Source of the DNA: an uncultured bacterium
GTDB taxonomy: Bacteria > JAGOEH01
NCBI GenBank assembly: GCA_964632485.1
Contig: CAZWDO010000004.1
Span: 62,001 to 126,000, forward strand
Length of the DNA stretch: 64,000 nt
Reading direction: 5' to 3'
This document shows positions 10,276 through 20,936 of this stretch, in pieces. Every line of letters begins with the position of its first letter. The stretch's first letter is position 1. The translations under genes and the position numbers were made by a program. The notes under the pieces were generated by a model. That model was not told the DNA's origin. It worked only from the letters and a program-made list of their open reading frames with translations, and made no database searches.

Positions 10276-10530
10276 CTATGGTATGGGCCAGCGCCTACCA
10301 AACTGCGAAGTAGCTTTTCGTTCCAGATATAAGGGGTCTTTGGTAATCTGGTCCAATAAATCGCGATACGTTACCGCTCGCTGAGCGATACTTTGTACAC
10401 CAATAGTGAGGGTATCCCGCGCTTCTTTCTGGCGCTGCCGGAAAGCCCGAACAGTCAATTGTACGGGTTGCGAACGATTTTGCGCTTGACTGGCGGGTAC
10501 GGGACCCATCCCTGTTGGCTCAATTTTCAT
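10276..10530 (-). CDS. Small hypothetical protein (84 aa)
   Basis: ATG 1 nt after the pnp stop; fills the gap up to the riboswitch; no recognised domain. Confidence 0.5.
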   Translation of the reverse strand: MKIEPTGMGPVPASQAQNRSQPVQLTVRAFRQRQKEARDTLTIGVQSIAQRAVTYRDLLDQITKDPLYLERKATSQFGRRWPIP

Positions 10531-10531
10531 A

Positions 10532-12640
10532 CTAATCGCGTTTAGGTTGAGGTTGTCTGGGCGGCTTCGGCAACATGGCTTTCCGGCTTAAACGGACCTT
10601 ACCGCTATTTGGATCGACATCGATGATCATCACTTCCAGTTTATCACCTTCATTCAGAAAGTCAGTGACTTCGTTCACCCGCGTATGATCGATTTCCGAA
10701 ATATGCAACAATCCTTCCCGGTTGGGCCCGAATTCAATAACCGCGCCAAATGGTAAAATTTTGGTGACAACACCTTTACGGATCATCCCAGGTTCAACCG
10801 GCAAAGCAATGCCTTCGATCAGCTCCTTAGCGCGGTCAGCCTTATCTTTTTCGGCGCAAACGATATGCACTGAACCATCGTTATCGATATTGATAATGGC
10901 TCCCGATTCTTCCTGGATAAAACGGATCATTTTTCCGCCCGGTCCAATAACTTCACCAATTTTATCAGCCGGAATTTTGATGCGCATGATCCGGGGGGCA
11001 TAAATGGAAAGGTCGGTACGCGCTTCGCTGATTACCGAGTTCATTTTCCCCAAGATGATCATTCGCGCCTCATGGGCCTGATCGATCGCCTTTTCTATAA
11101 TATCGAACGTAATCCCTGAAATCTTTATGTCCATCTGGAACCCGGTAATCCCGTTAGTGGTGCCGCAGACCTTAAAATCCATATCTCCCAGGTGATCTTC
11201 TGCGCCCAGAATATCCGTCAATACAGCATAACGGTCGCCTTCCATTATCAACCCCATAGCGATACCGGCAACTGCTGTTTTTATCGGTACTCCCGCATCC
11301 ATTAACGCCAGCGAGCCGCTACAAACGGTTGCCATTGAAGATGAGCCGTTGGATTCCAATATATCGGATACAATGCGGACCGTATAGGGAAAAATTTCTT
11401 CCGAAGGTATAACCGGCGCGATGGATCGTTCAGCCAGGTAACCATGACCGATTTCACGGCGCCCGGGACTGCGCATAGGCCGCACTTCTCCAACACTAAA
11501 CGGCGGGAAATTGTAATGCAACATATAGCTTTTAAAAAACTCGCCCTCAAGGTTGTCCATACGTTGTTCATCCATCTTGCTGCCCAGGGTCAATACACCC
11601 AGCGATTGGGTCTGTCCACGCGTAAATAGCGCAGAGCCGTGAGCGCGGGGCAAGACACCCACTTCAATCGTAATAGGACGGATGTCGGTCAATCCCCGGC
11701 CGTCTACCCGGATTCTTTTATCGAGAATCAAATTGCGCAGGTGATCTTTTTCGATTTCATGCAAGACGAATTTAACCATCGCCTCCATACCGGGAAACGG
11801 TTCAGCAAGAGTTATCAACGCTTCTTCTGCAATCTTATCGAGAGCATCCTGGCGCGCTTCTTTATCCTGGATCACATTGGCCGCAAAAACCCGATCCCGA
11901 TAGAGTTCATAAACGCGGGCATTTAAGTCATCAGGAACCGCATTTTTCACAAAAGGTCGTTTGGTTTTGGCTATATCTACCATCAATTCTTTTTGAAGTC
12001 GAATTATCGCTTTGATATGCTCATGCGCGAATTTAAGCGCTTCAATCAGCACATTTGATGGGATTTCGCGGGCTCCACCCTCAACCATTACGATTGAATG
12101 TTCACTACCAGCAACGACAATATCCATTGTCGAATCGCTCAGTTCGCTGAAAGTCGGATTAACGACAAATTCGCTATTGATCAGTCCCACACGAACTCCC
12201 GCAATCGGCTCGGAAAACGGAATATCAGACACCGACAAAGCAGCCGAAGCGCCGCAAATCGCTAACACATCCGCATCGTTTTGCTGATCGGATGAAATTA
12301 CATACGCAATGATTTGCACTTCATGGTTATAACCGTCTGCAAATAAAGGCCGGATGGGACGGTCAATTAAACGGCAGCTCAATACTTCTTTGGCGCTTGG
12401 AGGCCCTTCCCGTTTAATATAGCCGCCGGGAATTTTACCGGCCGCATAGGCCTTTTCCCGGTAATCGACTGTCAAAGGGAAGAAATCCAAGGCTTCTACT
12501 TTTTCTTTTTTTGCCACAGCGGTTACCAATACCATGGTATCCCCGTAACGTACGACTACGGAACCCGACGCTTGTCTGGCCATTCTACCGGTTTCAATCT
12601 CGAATACCTGGTCCCGTAACATCATTTGCACAGATTTCAT
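10532..12640 (-). CDS. pnp: Polyribonucleotide nucleotidyltransferase
   Basis: FFPLTVDYREK, RREIGHG, ESNGSSSMATVC, GDMDFKV, then KH and S1 domains. Confidence 0.98.
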   Translation of the reverse strand: MKSVQMMLRDQVFEIETGRMARQASGSVVVRYGDTMVLVTAVAKKEKVEALDFFPLTVDYREKAYAAGKIPGGYIKREGPPSAKEVLSCRLIDRPIRPLFADGYNHEVQIIAYVISSDQQNDADVLAICGASAALSVSDIPFSEPIAGVRVGLINSEFVVNPTFSELSDSTMDIVVAGSEHSIVMVEGGAREIPSNVLIEALKFAHEHIKAIIRLQKELMVDIAKTKRPFVKNAVPDDLNARVYELYRDRVFAANVIQDKEARQDALDKIAEEALITLAEPFPGMEAMVKFVLHEIEKDHLRNLILDKRIRVDGRGLTDIRPITIEVGVLPRAHGSALFTRGQTQSLGVLTLGSKMDEQRMDNLEGEFFKSYMLHYNFPPFSVGEVRPMRSPGRREIGHGYLAERSIAPVIPSEEIFPYTVRIVSDILESNGSSSMATVCSGSLALMDAGVPIKTAVAGIAMGLIMEGDRYAVLTDILGAEDHLGDMDFKVCGTTNGITGFQMDIKISGITFDIIEKAIDQAHEARMIILGKMNSVISEARTDLSIYAPRIMRIKIPADKIGEVIGPGGKMIRFIQEESGAIINIDNDGSVHIVCAEKDKADRAKELIEGIALPVEPGMIRKGVVTKILPFGAVIEFGPNREGLLHISEIDHTRVNEVTDFLNEGDKLEVMIIDVDPNSGKVRLSRKAMLPKPPRQPQPKRD

Positions 12641-12691
12641 AAAATCTCCTTAAAGATTTGCCTTAAGGCAAATACAAAAAACACTTCAAAA

Positions 12692-12958
12692 TTACTTACG
12701 TAACCCTAAGGCCGCCAGAATTCTCTGGTAGCGTTCCAACTCTATCTGTTTCAGATAGTTCAGCAGATTACGACGTTGCCCGACCAAACGCAATAACCCA
12801 CGACGGGAATGATGGTCTTTCTTGTGGGTCTTAAAATGTTCGGTCAAATAGCTGATTCGGGCCGTAATCAAGGCAATCTGAACTTCAGGAGAGCCTGTGT
12901 CTTCTGTGGTTTGGCCGAATTTTTCGATGATTTCTTTTTTTTGTTCTACTGTCAGCAT
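12692..12958 (-). CDS. rpsO: 30S ribosomal protein S15
   Basis: [13 protein letters not shown]...[12 protein letters not shown]. Confidence 0.98.
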   Translation of the reverse strand: MLTVEQKKEIIEKFGQTTEDTGSPEVQIALITARISYLTEHFKTHKKDHHSRRGLLRLVGQRRNLLNYLKQIELERYQRILAALGLRK

Positions 12959-12976
12959 ACAATCATTTCCTCCTTG

Positions 12977-13927
12977 CTAACATAACATTTGAAAATCAAT
13001 GGGTTGATGTTGACATGCGCGCACGTCTTGAACGATTTGGTGGCGTAAGGCGTTAATATTATCAAAACGGCATTCATCTCTAATTTTTTCGATAAAAAAA
13101 ACTCGTATTTCCTGATCATACAAGTTATCGTCAAAATCATAAAGATACACTTCTACACGAGATTCATGCCCATCTCTTACTGTGGGGCGTTTGCCCACAT
13201 AAATCATGGCCCGGTAGTAAGCATTCCATACATAGACCGCGCCCCGATAAACTCCATCTCCGGGAACCAATTTTGTGAAAGGTAAAGCCAGGTTGGCAGT
13301 CGGAAATCCGAATGTTCTTCCAAGCCCATCTCCCGAAATAACTTGACCAGTGCAAAAATAGTAATAGCCAAGTTGTTTGTTGGCAGCTCCAATTTCACCA
13401 TAAAGCAAATTTTCACGAATTCCCGAGGAACTAATTTTTTTTTGTCTCTCCTCTACTAAATCCTCCACCCAAAGGTCCATCTTTTTCTGATAGGTTAATT
13501 CGCGTAAAAAACTCAAATCCCCACGTTTCTGATGGCCAAAAGCATGATCAATACCGCAAACATACGATTTGATAATTATCCCCTGCGCTAATATCTGATC
13601 TAAGAATACGGTTTCTTCCATGGTTCGTATCGATTCATCAAAATGTAGAGACCAAATAAAATCGATCCCCGAACGATGCATGAGCATTCCTTTTTCCGCC
13701 GGTAATGTCAATACCGATTTTTCGGTTTTCTGGCGAATCCACAACGATGGCGAAATATCGAAAGTGATCACCAGAGTTTTCAAGCCCTGCGATTTCAACC
13801 GGGAAACCATCCTCTTCAATAATTGTTGGTGGCCCAAATGAACGCCATCATAGGCGCCAATGCTGAGACCCAATGGAACGCCAACCATTTCTGTGGATGG
13901 GGGGGGAGGGACTATCAACTCACCCAT
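12977..13927 (-). CDS. ribF: Bifunctional riboflavin kinase/FAD synthetase
   Basis: GAYDGVHLGHQ, ISSSGIR, GRTFGFPTANL; start placed at ATG 13927 (ORF track gives 13972). Confidence 0.93.
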   Translation of the reverse strand: MGELIVPPPPSTEMVGVPLGLSIGAYDGVHLGHQQLLKRMVSRLKSQGLKTLVITFDISPSLWIRQKTEKSVLTLPAEKGMLMHRSGIDFIWSLHFDESIRTMEETVFLDQILAQGIIIKSYVCGIDHAFGHQKRGDLSFLRELTYQKKMDLWVEDLVEERQKKISSSGIRENLLYGEIGAANKQLGYYYFCTGQVISGDGLGRTFGFPTANLALPFTKLVPGDGVYRGAVYVWNAYYRAMIYVGKRPTVRDGHESRVEVYLYDFDDNLYDQEIRVFFIEKIRDECRFDNINALRHQIVQDVRACQHQPIDFQMLC

Positions 13928-14832
13928 ACCGAATCCCTTGTTAGGTAACGAATGACCCGGCAGTATTCCCATGGCTGTATGTTGTTATTATAATCAATTT
14001 TTTTTCGTTTGACAATAGCTAAAATGATTTCATCTGATTTTTTTTTTGTTATCCGGTAATAATCAATCGATGATTTTTCAACCGATAGAATATCTTTTTC
14101 TTGGAACGGAGCTCCATGTTCAAGCGCCACATCCGGGGAAAGGGCCACTTCTGGTAAAAAATTTACCCCTTCATGAGGGGGAATGACAACTTGGGGATTA
14201 ATTTGCAAAAGGGGCTGGGCTTGAGAGAGTTCATAGGATCCAATAGCTATTCGCACTAAATCTGTCATCACCGCCCCTGTTCCCAACACCTGGCCAATAT
14301 CGTGGACTAAACTGCGGATATAGGTTCCGGAGGTACATTTAATACGGATTGTAAAATCCGGATGAACATAATTTTCCAGTTCCAACTCATAAATGGTAAC
14401 AGGTCTCATTGGCAAACTGAAATTAACTCCGTTGCGGGCCAAATTATATGCGCGTTTCCCATTCAGCCGTACCGCAGAAAATAAAGGGGGCTGTTGCTCA
14501 ATCTCCCCCCGAAAAAGTCGCAGCGCCCGTTCCCATTCGGGTAATGTCACTAACGCCACGTTTTCCTGTGTTTTTGTAAGTTCCCCTTCGCGATCAAATG
14601 TATTAGAAATAAGTCCCAAACGTCCTTGGGCAATATAGGTTTTTTTTAAAATATTATAATAAGACAAGAGTTTAGTCGCTTTTCCCACTCCAACAATTAA
14701 TAGCCCGGTAGCCAATGGGTCAAGCGTGCCGCAATGACCCGTTTCCCGCGTCTGAAAAACTTTTCGCACCCGTGCAATAGCTTGAAAAGAAGTCCAAGCC
14801 TGGGGTTTATCAATTAGAAGAATTCCGTCCAC
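13915..14832 (-). CDS. truB: tRNA pseudouridine(55) synthase
   Basis: GHCGTLDPLATG, PPLFSAV, GTYIRSL; GTG start. Confidence 0.95.
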   Translation of the reverse strand: MDGILLIDKPQAWTSFQAIARVRKVFQTRETGHCGTLDPLATGLLIVGVGKATKLLSYYNILKKTYIAQGRLGLISNTFDREGELTKTQENVALVTLPEWERALRLFRGEIEQQPPLFSAVRLNGKRAYNLARNGVNFSLPMRPVTIYELELENYVHPDFTIRIKCTSGTYIRSLVHDIGQVLGTGAVMTDLVRIAIGSYELSQAQPLLQINPQVVIPPHEGVNFLPEVALSPDVALEHGAPFQEKDILSVEKSSIDYYRITKKKSDEIILAIVKRKKIDYNNNIQPWEYCRVIRYLTRDSVWVS

Positions 14833-15805
14833 TTATCGCTTGCGTTCTGTTTACCGCATCCAAGACGGTCTGTTTTACAAAGGCCAAATCTCCCGAAAGC
14901 CGGGCTCCTGAGGCATGTTTGTGCCCCCCTCCACCTAACAAATTGGCTATCTGTCGCCCATCCACTTGATCACGTGATCTAAAACTGATCTTAAATTCAT
15001 TCGCTTTATATTCTTTCAGAAATATATATAAATCAATCTCTTTGAGTGAATTAATCAGTTCAATCATATCTTCGGTTTCTTCCATACGAATCGGATTTCC
15101 CTGATTCATAGCAGCAGTGAAATGGCATATCACTGCCCGAAATTCAGGGATAATTTGCATTGTTTCGATTACTTTTGCGAAATTTTTAAAAAAATTCAAC
15201 GGACGTTTAAAATAGATTTCCCGGGTAATCCACTCCGAATTTGCTCCACAATCAATCAGATCAGCCGCTTTCCGTAAAACGTTTGAATTGGTGTTACTGA
15301 ACCGGAACCGTCCTGTATCAGTTAAAAGCCCTGTGAATAGAGCAAAAGCCGCATCTTTCGTGATTGGAACCCGCAATTCTTTGTAAAGATCATAAATGAT
15401 CTCCGCAGTCGCTGCTTTGGTTGGATCGATATAATAAAAACCTTCCGGCCATTCATCATAAACATGATGGTCGATAATAACCATAGGATAGTGATTTTCA
15501 TGGAGAGAACTCACCCGGCCTAACCGCTCCCACGGAACAACATCCAGAACTACAAGGAGTTGAGGTTCAAATTGATCAGGAAAAACAGTCTCTATCAGCT
15601 CACTCCCAGGCAAAAACCGATACCGTTCGGGAGGAGGGTCATTGTTATAAATAGTCACAGTTTTATTCAATTGTATCAGCAACGCGCGCAAGGCTAATTG
15701 CGAAGCGATTGAATCGCCATCGGGGAAAGCATGAGATGTAATCAGAATATTTTGAGTATCGGGATCAAGGATAGTGTGACAAAGTTGCTGCCATTTTGCG
15801 TTCAT
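14810..15805 (-). CDS. nrnA: DHH/DHHA1 phosphoesterase (NrnA-like)
   Basis: HAFPDGDS, IDHH, TDTGRF, GGGHKHASG; usual position between rbfA and truB. Confidence 0.9.
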   Translation of the reverse strand: MNAKWQQLCHTILDPDTQNILITSHAFPDGDSIASQLALRALLIQLNKTVTIYNNDPPPERYRFLPGSELIETVFPDQFEPQLLVVLDVVPWERLGRVSSLHENHYPMVIIDHHVYDEWPEGFYYIDPTKAATAEIIYDLYKELRVPITKDAAFALFTGLLTDTGRFRFSNTNSNVLRKAADLIDCGANSEWITREIYFKRPLNFFKNFAKVIETMQIIPEFRAVICHFTAAMNQGNPIRMEETEDMIELINSLKEIDLYIFLKEYKANEFKISFRSRDQVDGRQIANLLGGGGHKHASGARLSGDLAFVKQTVLDAVNRTQAISGRNSSN

Positions 15806-16173
15806 TCGTCATGTTCCAACGGTCGTTTCGTCATCTGAATTAAGGTTTCAATTTTTTGGCTGTAATCACCAGTTGTATCCAATATAAAAGTTAATTGAGG
15901 AATGGAACGCAATCGAACCTCTTCATTGAGATGGTGACGCAAAACACCTGCCATTTTATTAAAAATAGCGAGAGTATGTTGCCGGATTTCGTCATCTCCG
16001 ATAACGGAAACAAATATTTTTGCATATTTTAAATCACGGGAAGTCTGAACCTCGGTTAATGAAAAAATACCGATATGCGGGTCTTTAACCCGAAGCGGAA
16101 TTATTTCGGATAATGTTTTGAGTAGCAAAGAATCAATTTTTTTCATGCGATCGATTTTGGCGGGAGTCATCAT
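15802..16173 (-). CDS. rbfA: Ribosome-binding factor A
   Basis: VKDPHI...SRDLKYAKIFVS...LRSIPQLTFILD. Confidence 0.93.
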   Translation of the reverse strand: MMTPAKIDRMKKIDSLLLKTLSEIIPLRVKDPHIGIFSLTEVQTSRDLKYAKIFVSVIGDDEIRQHTLAIFNKMAGVLRHHLNEEVRLRSIPQLTFILDTTGDYSQKIETLIQMTKRPLEHDE

Positions 16174-16454
16174 TATAACATCTCGATTTTATAATCCAGC
16201 AGTTCACCTTCTACATTGAAACGGATGAAATTGATCATGTTGTTTAGTACTTCATACGCAAATTTCGATTCCGGAGAAACACACACTGCCGCTAATTTCG
16301 CGCGTTGCCACAAATCAAAATGATCAATTTCCGCAAGAGATACATTATATTTGCTACGAATTTTCGTTTTCAGACCTTTTAAGTGGTACCGCTTTTTCTT
16401 GAGTGAATTGCTCTCTGGAAAATGAATCTCAAAGATACATACACCGATAGTCAT
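16173..16454 (-). CDS. DUF503 (YlxP-like) protein
   Basis: SLKKKR...KYNVSLAEIDHFDLWQRA; typical position between infB and rbfA. Confidence 0.88.
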   Translation of the reverse strand: MTIGVCIFEIHFPESNSLKKKRYHLKGLKTKIRSKYNVSLAEIDHFDLWQRAKLAAVCVSPESKFAYEVLNNMINFIRFNVEGELLDYKIEML

Positions 16455-16477
16455 AGTACCTCTTCCCCATGGTTAAA

Positions 16478-18718
16478 TTATCGCTTAATCTCTCTTTTTT
16501 CAAACTGTTCGATCGTATCGCCAACTTTGATATCATTGAAACCCTCAATTTTCAAACCACATTCATAACCCGTGCCAACTTCTCTAACGTCTTCTTTGAA
16601 GCGTTTTAAAGAGCCTAATCCCCCCTGATGGATAACAATTCCATCCCGGATGATGCGGATTTTATTGTTTCGTTTAATACTCCCCGTTCGAACATAACAA
16701 CCGGCAACCGTACCGACTTTAGGAATGTGAAAAGAATCACGAACTTCCATCTCGCCAACAATGACCTCTTCGAATATGGGGGACAACATACCTTTCAGAC
16801 TGGCTTCCACATCGTTAATCACATCATAGATAATTTCATAGCTGCGGATGCTCACATTTTCCTTCGTAGCCATATCCTTGATAGAAGCCGTGGGACGGAC
16901 ATAAAAACCAATAATAATTGCGTCCGATGCAGCCGCCAGCATAATATCGGCTTCGTTGATCCCGCCAATTCCCTGGTGGACAATGTTAATCTTGACTTCA
17001 CTGTTAGACAATTTCTGCAATGAATCAGCAATAGCCTCAATTGAACCATTTGTATCAGCTTTGATTAAAAGGTTAAGTTCTTTCATCTCACCGGTTTTAA
17101 TCTTTTCATACAAATTTTCCAAAGTCAGTTTATTTTTCATTCGGAAATCACGTTCCCGTTTAAGCTGCATACGTTTATTAGCGATCTGACGGGCGATCGC
17201 CTCCGATTCGACAACCTGGAACCGATCTCCGGCGCTGGGGATCATATTAAACCCAACGATCTGGACGGGTTGAGAGAGTTTGCCCTGTGAAATGCGCTTC
17301 CCGAGATCGTCATAAATAGCCCGCACACGGCCATAGCCATACCCGCAAACGAAAATATCACCAACTTTCAATTGTCCGTTTTGAATCAATACCGTTCCGA
17401 CAGGCCCGCGTCCCTTATCCAGCTTAGCCTCGACAATAACGCCAATGGCCATTCGTTTGGGATTGCCCTTCAGCTCGCGCAATTCGGCAATCAATAAAAT
17501 CATTTCCAGTAATTTATCAATATTAGTTCCCTTTTTAGCGCTTATAGGAACTGAGATGATATCGCCACCCCACTCCTCAATCACTAAACCATGATCTACT
17601 AATTGCTGTTTAACACGATCCGGATTAGCGCCCGGCAAGTCGATTTTATTGATAGCAACGATGACCGGCACATTGGCGGCTCGGGCATGATTAATTGCCT
17701 CTTCGGTCTGCGGTTTGATCCCATCTTCCGCCGCAACGATCAAAATAACAATATCCGTAATTTGAGCGCCGCGAGCCCGCATCGCCGTAAAGGCTTCATG
17801 TCCCGGCGTATCGATAAATGTAATCCGTTTCCCCAAATATTCCGCCTGATAGGCTCCGATATGCTGAGTGATTCCACCCGATTCAGTGGCTGTAATATTA
17901 CTTTTCCGAATAAAATCCAGCAACGTCGTTTTTCCATGATCCACATGGCCCATGATTGTAACAACTGGGGGACGTTCTTCATAATTAATGGGATCAGAAT
18001 CATCGTCATCAAATTCCTCGAGCTCTTTTTCATGCTGCTGTTCCACATCAAACCCGAATTCTGCCGCTAAAACCGTAATTAGATCCATTTCTAAACGTTG
18101 GTTGATTGTGACCATCATTCCCAACTCCAGCGCCTTGCTGATTAACAGCGACGAATCAACTTTCATCAGCTTAGCTAATTCCCCGGAAGAGATAAACTCA
18201 GGAACTTGAACAACCTTGTTTTCATCTTCCAGCTCAAGGGTATCATCAGCCATTTTTTTATATTTTTTAATTTTTTTACCTTGTGTCATTTTGGCCAGCG
18301 TCTTTTTGACACTATCCTTGATTTCCTGCTCATCTCCACCCTGTTCCCGGCGGACAGGGTGAACAACCCGCCCTTTCTCAAAGCGCTTGGGCTTTTTGAA
18401 CTTATCTACTTTTTCAACTTTCTCCAAACGTACGATTTTCTCTTCGATTATTTCTTCTTCATCAATCACAACCTCACCGATTACAACTGGTTCTTCAACC
18501 GCCGCTTCTGGAGTAGGATGTTGAAAATGCTTTTTCTTTTCATAATTCTTCTTCGCCTGATTGACTTCCTGGTCAAAACGCTGCTTTATTAAAGGAAGAA
18601 CTTCATCAGGAACAACACTCATATGAGTCTTGGCATCAACATTCATTTGGTGCAAAAGATCGATCAGAGCTTTACTCGATATGTTAAACTCTTTGGCTAT
18701 CTGGTATATCCGTTTCAC
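16478..18718 (-). CDS. infB: Translation initiation factor IF-2
   Basis: IMGHVDHGKTTLLD, GGITQHIGAY, DTPGHEAF; probable GTG start at 18718 after GAGGAG. Confidence 0.98.
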   Translation of the reverse strand: MKRIYQIAKEFNISSKALIDLLHQMNVDAKTHMSVVPDEVLPLIKQRFDQEVNQAKKNYEKKKHFQHPTPEAAVEEPVVIGEVVIDEEEIIEEKIVRLEKVEKVDKFKKPKRFEKGRVVHPVRREQGGDEQEIKDSVKKTLAKMTQGKKIKKYKKMADDTLELEDENKVVQVPEFISSGELAKLMKVDSSLLISKALELGMMVTINQRLEMDLITVLAAEFGFDVEQQHEKELEEFDDDDSDPINYEERPPVVTIMGHVDHGKTTLLDFIRKSNITATESGGITQHIGAYQAEYLGKRITFIDTPGHEAFTAMRARGAQITDIVILIVAAEDGIKPQTEEAINHARAANVPVIVAINKIDLPGANPDRVKQQLVDHGLVIEEWGGDIISVPISAKKGTNIDKLLEMILLIAELRELKGNPKRMAIGVIVEAKLDKGRGPVGTVLIQNGQLKVGDIFVCGYGYGRVRAIYDDLGKRISQGKLSQPVQIVGFNMIPSAGDRFQVVESEAIARQIANKRMQLKRERDFRMKNKLTLENLYEKIKTGEMKELNLLIKADTNGSIEAIADSLQKLSNSEVKINIVHQGIGGINEADIMLAAASDAIIIGFYVRPTASIKDMATKENVSIRSYEIIYDVINDVEASLKGMLSPIFEEVIVGEMEVRDSFHIPKVGTVAGCYVRTGSIKRNNKIRIIRDGIVIHQGGLGSLKRFKEDVREVGTGYECGLKIEGFNDIKVGDTIEQFEKREIKR

Positions 18719-18732
18719 TGCTGAATTTCTCC

Positions 18733-19998
18733 TCAATTATGGCTTTTTGATCTCTTTTTTTCTCGCATCGTTTTAGCGGTATCCAATAGGTTTTCTACGG
18801 TTTTTTCTCCCAATCCGGGAATTGCCAATAAAGTTGCTTTATCGGCATCTAGCAGATCATCTGCCGTTTCAATTCCGGAGCTTATCAGTTTTTTAAAAAT
18901 TTCACTCTCGAAACCCGGCAACTCATGGATTTCAATATTTGCATGGGTTTCAGCCAGTTTTTGCTTGTTAAACTCTGATTCCCGAATGATATCAACTGCC
19001 ATACCGATTAATTGGGAAGCCAATTTTAAATTGACTTTCCCCTTTCCAAGGGTAATTGAAATCTGGTCATCAGGCATAATGGCCCTGACCCGGTTGTTGG
19101 GCCGGTCAATCAGCACATCCTTGGGCTTGCCGGGGGTTAAGGCTCGCATTGCCATAACAGTTGTGTCATTCGACCAGAGAATAATATCCATCCGTTCATG
19201 GTTAAGTTGCTCCATTATCGTTTGAATTCGCATTCCTTTCAGCCCCACACAGGCTCCTACGGGATCTACTCTATCATTTTCACTATAAACGGCAATTTTG
19301 GATTTTACGCCAGCTTCACGGACAACTTTTTTAATTTTTACAACACCTTCGTAGATTTCAGGGATTTCAACTTCTAACAAGGCTTTTAAAAACTGGGCGG
19401 ATGCGCGGGAAGCCATCAACATGGAACCATAGGTTCCTCGATGGATATGGTCTAAAACAAAACGTATTGTCTTACCCATCTGGTAATTCTCACCGATGAT
19501 CTGTTCCTTCGTAGGTAGGTTGAATTCGGCTCTTCCAGCGGAAATTAATACATAATTGGATTCCACTTTTTGAATAGTTCCCGTAAAGAGCTCTCCAATA
19601 CGGGCCGCATATTCATCAGCAATACTTTCCTTCTCGACTTCGCGTACTTTGTTCAGGAGCGCTTGTTTAGCCGTCAATGCCGCATTGCGGCCCAGTTCGC
19701 TAAAAGGCAACTCGTCCTCAATAATATCGCCTACCGCCACGTCTGATTTAAGCTTACGAGCATCGGGAAGTGTTATTTCCGCTCCTTCTCTTACCAAAAA
19801 ATTAACGACTTTTTTTAAAATAAAAATCCGGATTTCTCCCGTTTCGTGATTAGCGTCCAGACGAATATCATCAACATCTATGTATTTCTTGCGGATCGCC
19901 ATAAGGATTACTTCTTTGAATCCTTTCAATACAAGCTCAAACTTAACATTCTTCTCCTTGGCGATTTCCGTCAGAATACTCAGTAGGGGCAGGCTCAT
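18733..19998 (-). CDS. nusA: Transcription factor NusA
   Basis: EVEIPEIYEG, DPVGACVG, KH domains, C-terminal HhH. Confidence 0.95.
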   Translation of the reverse strand: MSLPLLSILTEIAKEKNVKFELVLKGFKEVILMAIRKKYIDVDDIRLDANHETGEIRIFILKKVVNFLVREGAEITLPDARKLKSDVAVGDIIEDELPFSELGRNAALTAKQALLNKVREVEKESIADEYAARIGELFTGTIQKVESNYVLISAGRAEFNLPTKEQIIGENYQMGKTIRFVLDHIHRGTYGSMLMASRASAQFLKALLEVEIPEIYEGVVKIKKVVREAGVKSKIAVYSENDRVDPVGACVGLKGMRIQTIMEQLNHERMDIILWSNDTTVMAMRALTPGKPKDVLIDRPNNRVRAIMPDDQISITLGKGKVNLKLASQLIGMAVDIIRESEFNKQKLAETHANIEIHELPGFESEIFKKLISSGIETADDLLDADKATLLAIPGLGEKTVENLLDTAKTMREKKRSKSHN

Positions 19999-20465
19999 GA
20001 TTGTCTCCTTTTTACTTGCGGAATAACAGTTGCTTTTCTGATTTGGGCATAGGGTAGCGTCAGTATCTTTTTTTTCCCCGCATCAATGACGATCTGCTCA
20101 GCATCTACCGAAATCAATTCACCTTCTATATGATGGCTCTTTGTTCCGTCATCATACATTATCTTGAGAATTCGATTCAAGTTGTGACGGAATTCCCGTT
20201 CATTGCATAGTGGCCGGTCCAATCCGGGCGAGCTGACTTCCAATATGTACGGCCCCTCAATCAAATTCTCGGTAAAAATCCAATCATTCACCTGTCGACT
20301 TACAGTTTCACAGTCCTGAAGAGTCACTCCACTTTCGGAATCTAAAAAAATACGGATTAAAAATCTCTTTTTTAAAGGGACCAGATCCAGCTTGTAAAGC
20401 TCAAATCCTTGTCGTTTCAATAATGGCTCTAATTGACCGCGAAATTGATCGTAAAAAAAATCCAT
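19995..20465 (-). CDS. rimP: Ribosome maturation factor RimP
   Basis: GVTLQDCETVSR, YILEVSSPGLDRPL. Confidence 0.95.
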   Translation of the reverse strand: MDFFYDQFRGQLEPLLKRQGFELYKLDLVPLKKRFLIRIFLDSESGVTLQDCETVSRQVNDWIFTENLIEGPYILEVSSPGLDRPLCNEREFRHNLNRILKIMYDDGTKSHHIEGELISVDAEQIVIDAGKKKILTLPYAQIRKATVIPQVKRRQS

Positions 20466-20498
20466 GATTCGTTTTTTATCCTATAATATCGGTTAAGG

Positions 20499-20843
20499 TT
20501 ATGCTTTCTTCAGCGCTTCCAGCGCGAGTTCCGTATGATCATATATATCAAAGAAATCGTTCAGACGAGTTAATTTGAACAATTCTTCAATATTCTCATT
20601 GATACCCGTTAGTTTAAGTCCCCCATTGCGTTTCTTCAACATAGTCAAAAGAGAAACCAGGGTTCCAAGTCCCGAGCTATCAATGAAACCCACATGCTCC
20701 AAATCAATAATATAATTCCCAATATGTTCTTCATCCATGTATTTCTGAATATAATTTTTTAAATCTTTCGTATTCTCGAAATTTATATCTTCATGTACTG
20801 TAACTACTAATACATCATTCATCCGTTCAGATGTTATAATCAT
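20499..20843 (-). CDS. STAS-domain anti-sigma-factor antagonist
   Basis: IDLEHVGFIDSSGLGTLV with the phosphorylatable Ser motif. Confidence 0.9.
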   Translation of the reverse strand: MIITSERMNDVLVVTVHEDINFENTKDLKNYIQKYMDEEHIGNYIIDLEHVGFIDSSGLGTLVSLLTMLKKRNGGLKLTGINENIEELFKLTRLNDFFDIYDHTELALEALKKA

Positions 20844-20936
20844 AGTGGCTCCCTTCTGAATGGCAAATACATTAAATACCTTACGCTTGATGGATAAGAA
20901 AAAATACGCGTCGCCGCTTTTTAATTATTTTAGTAT

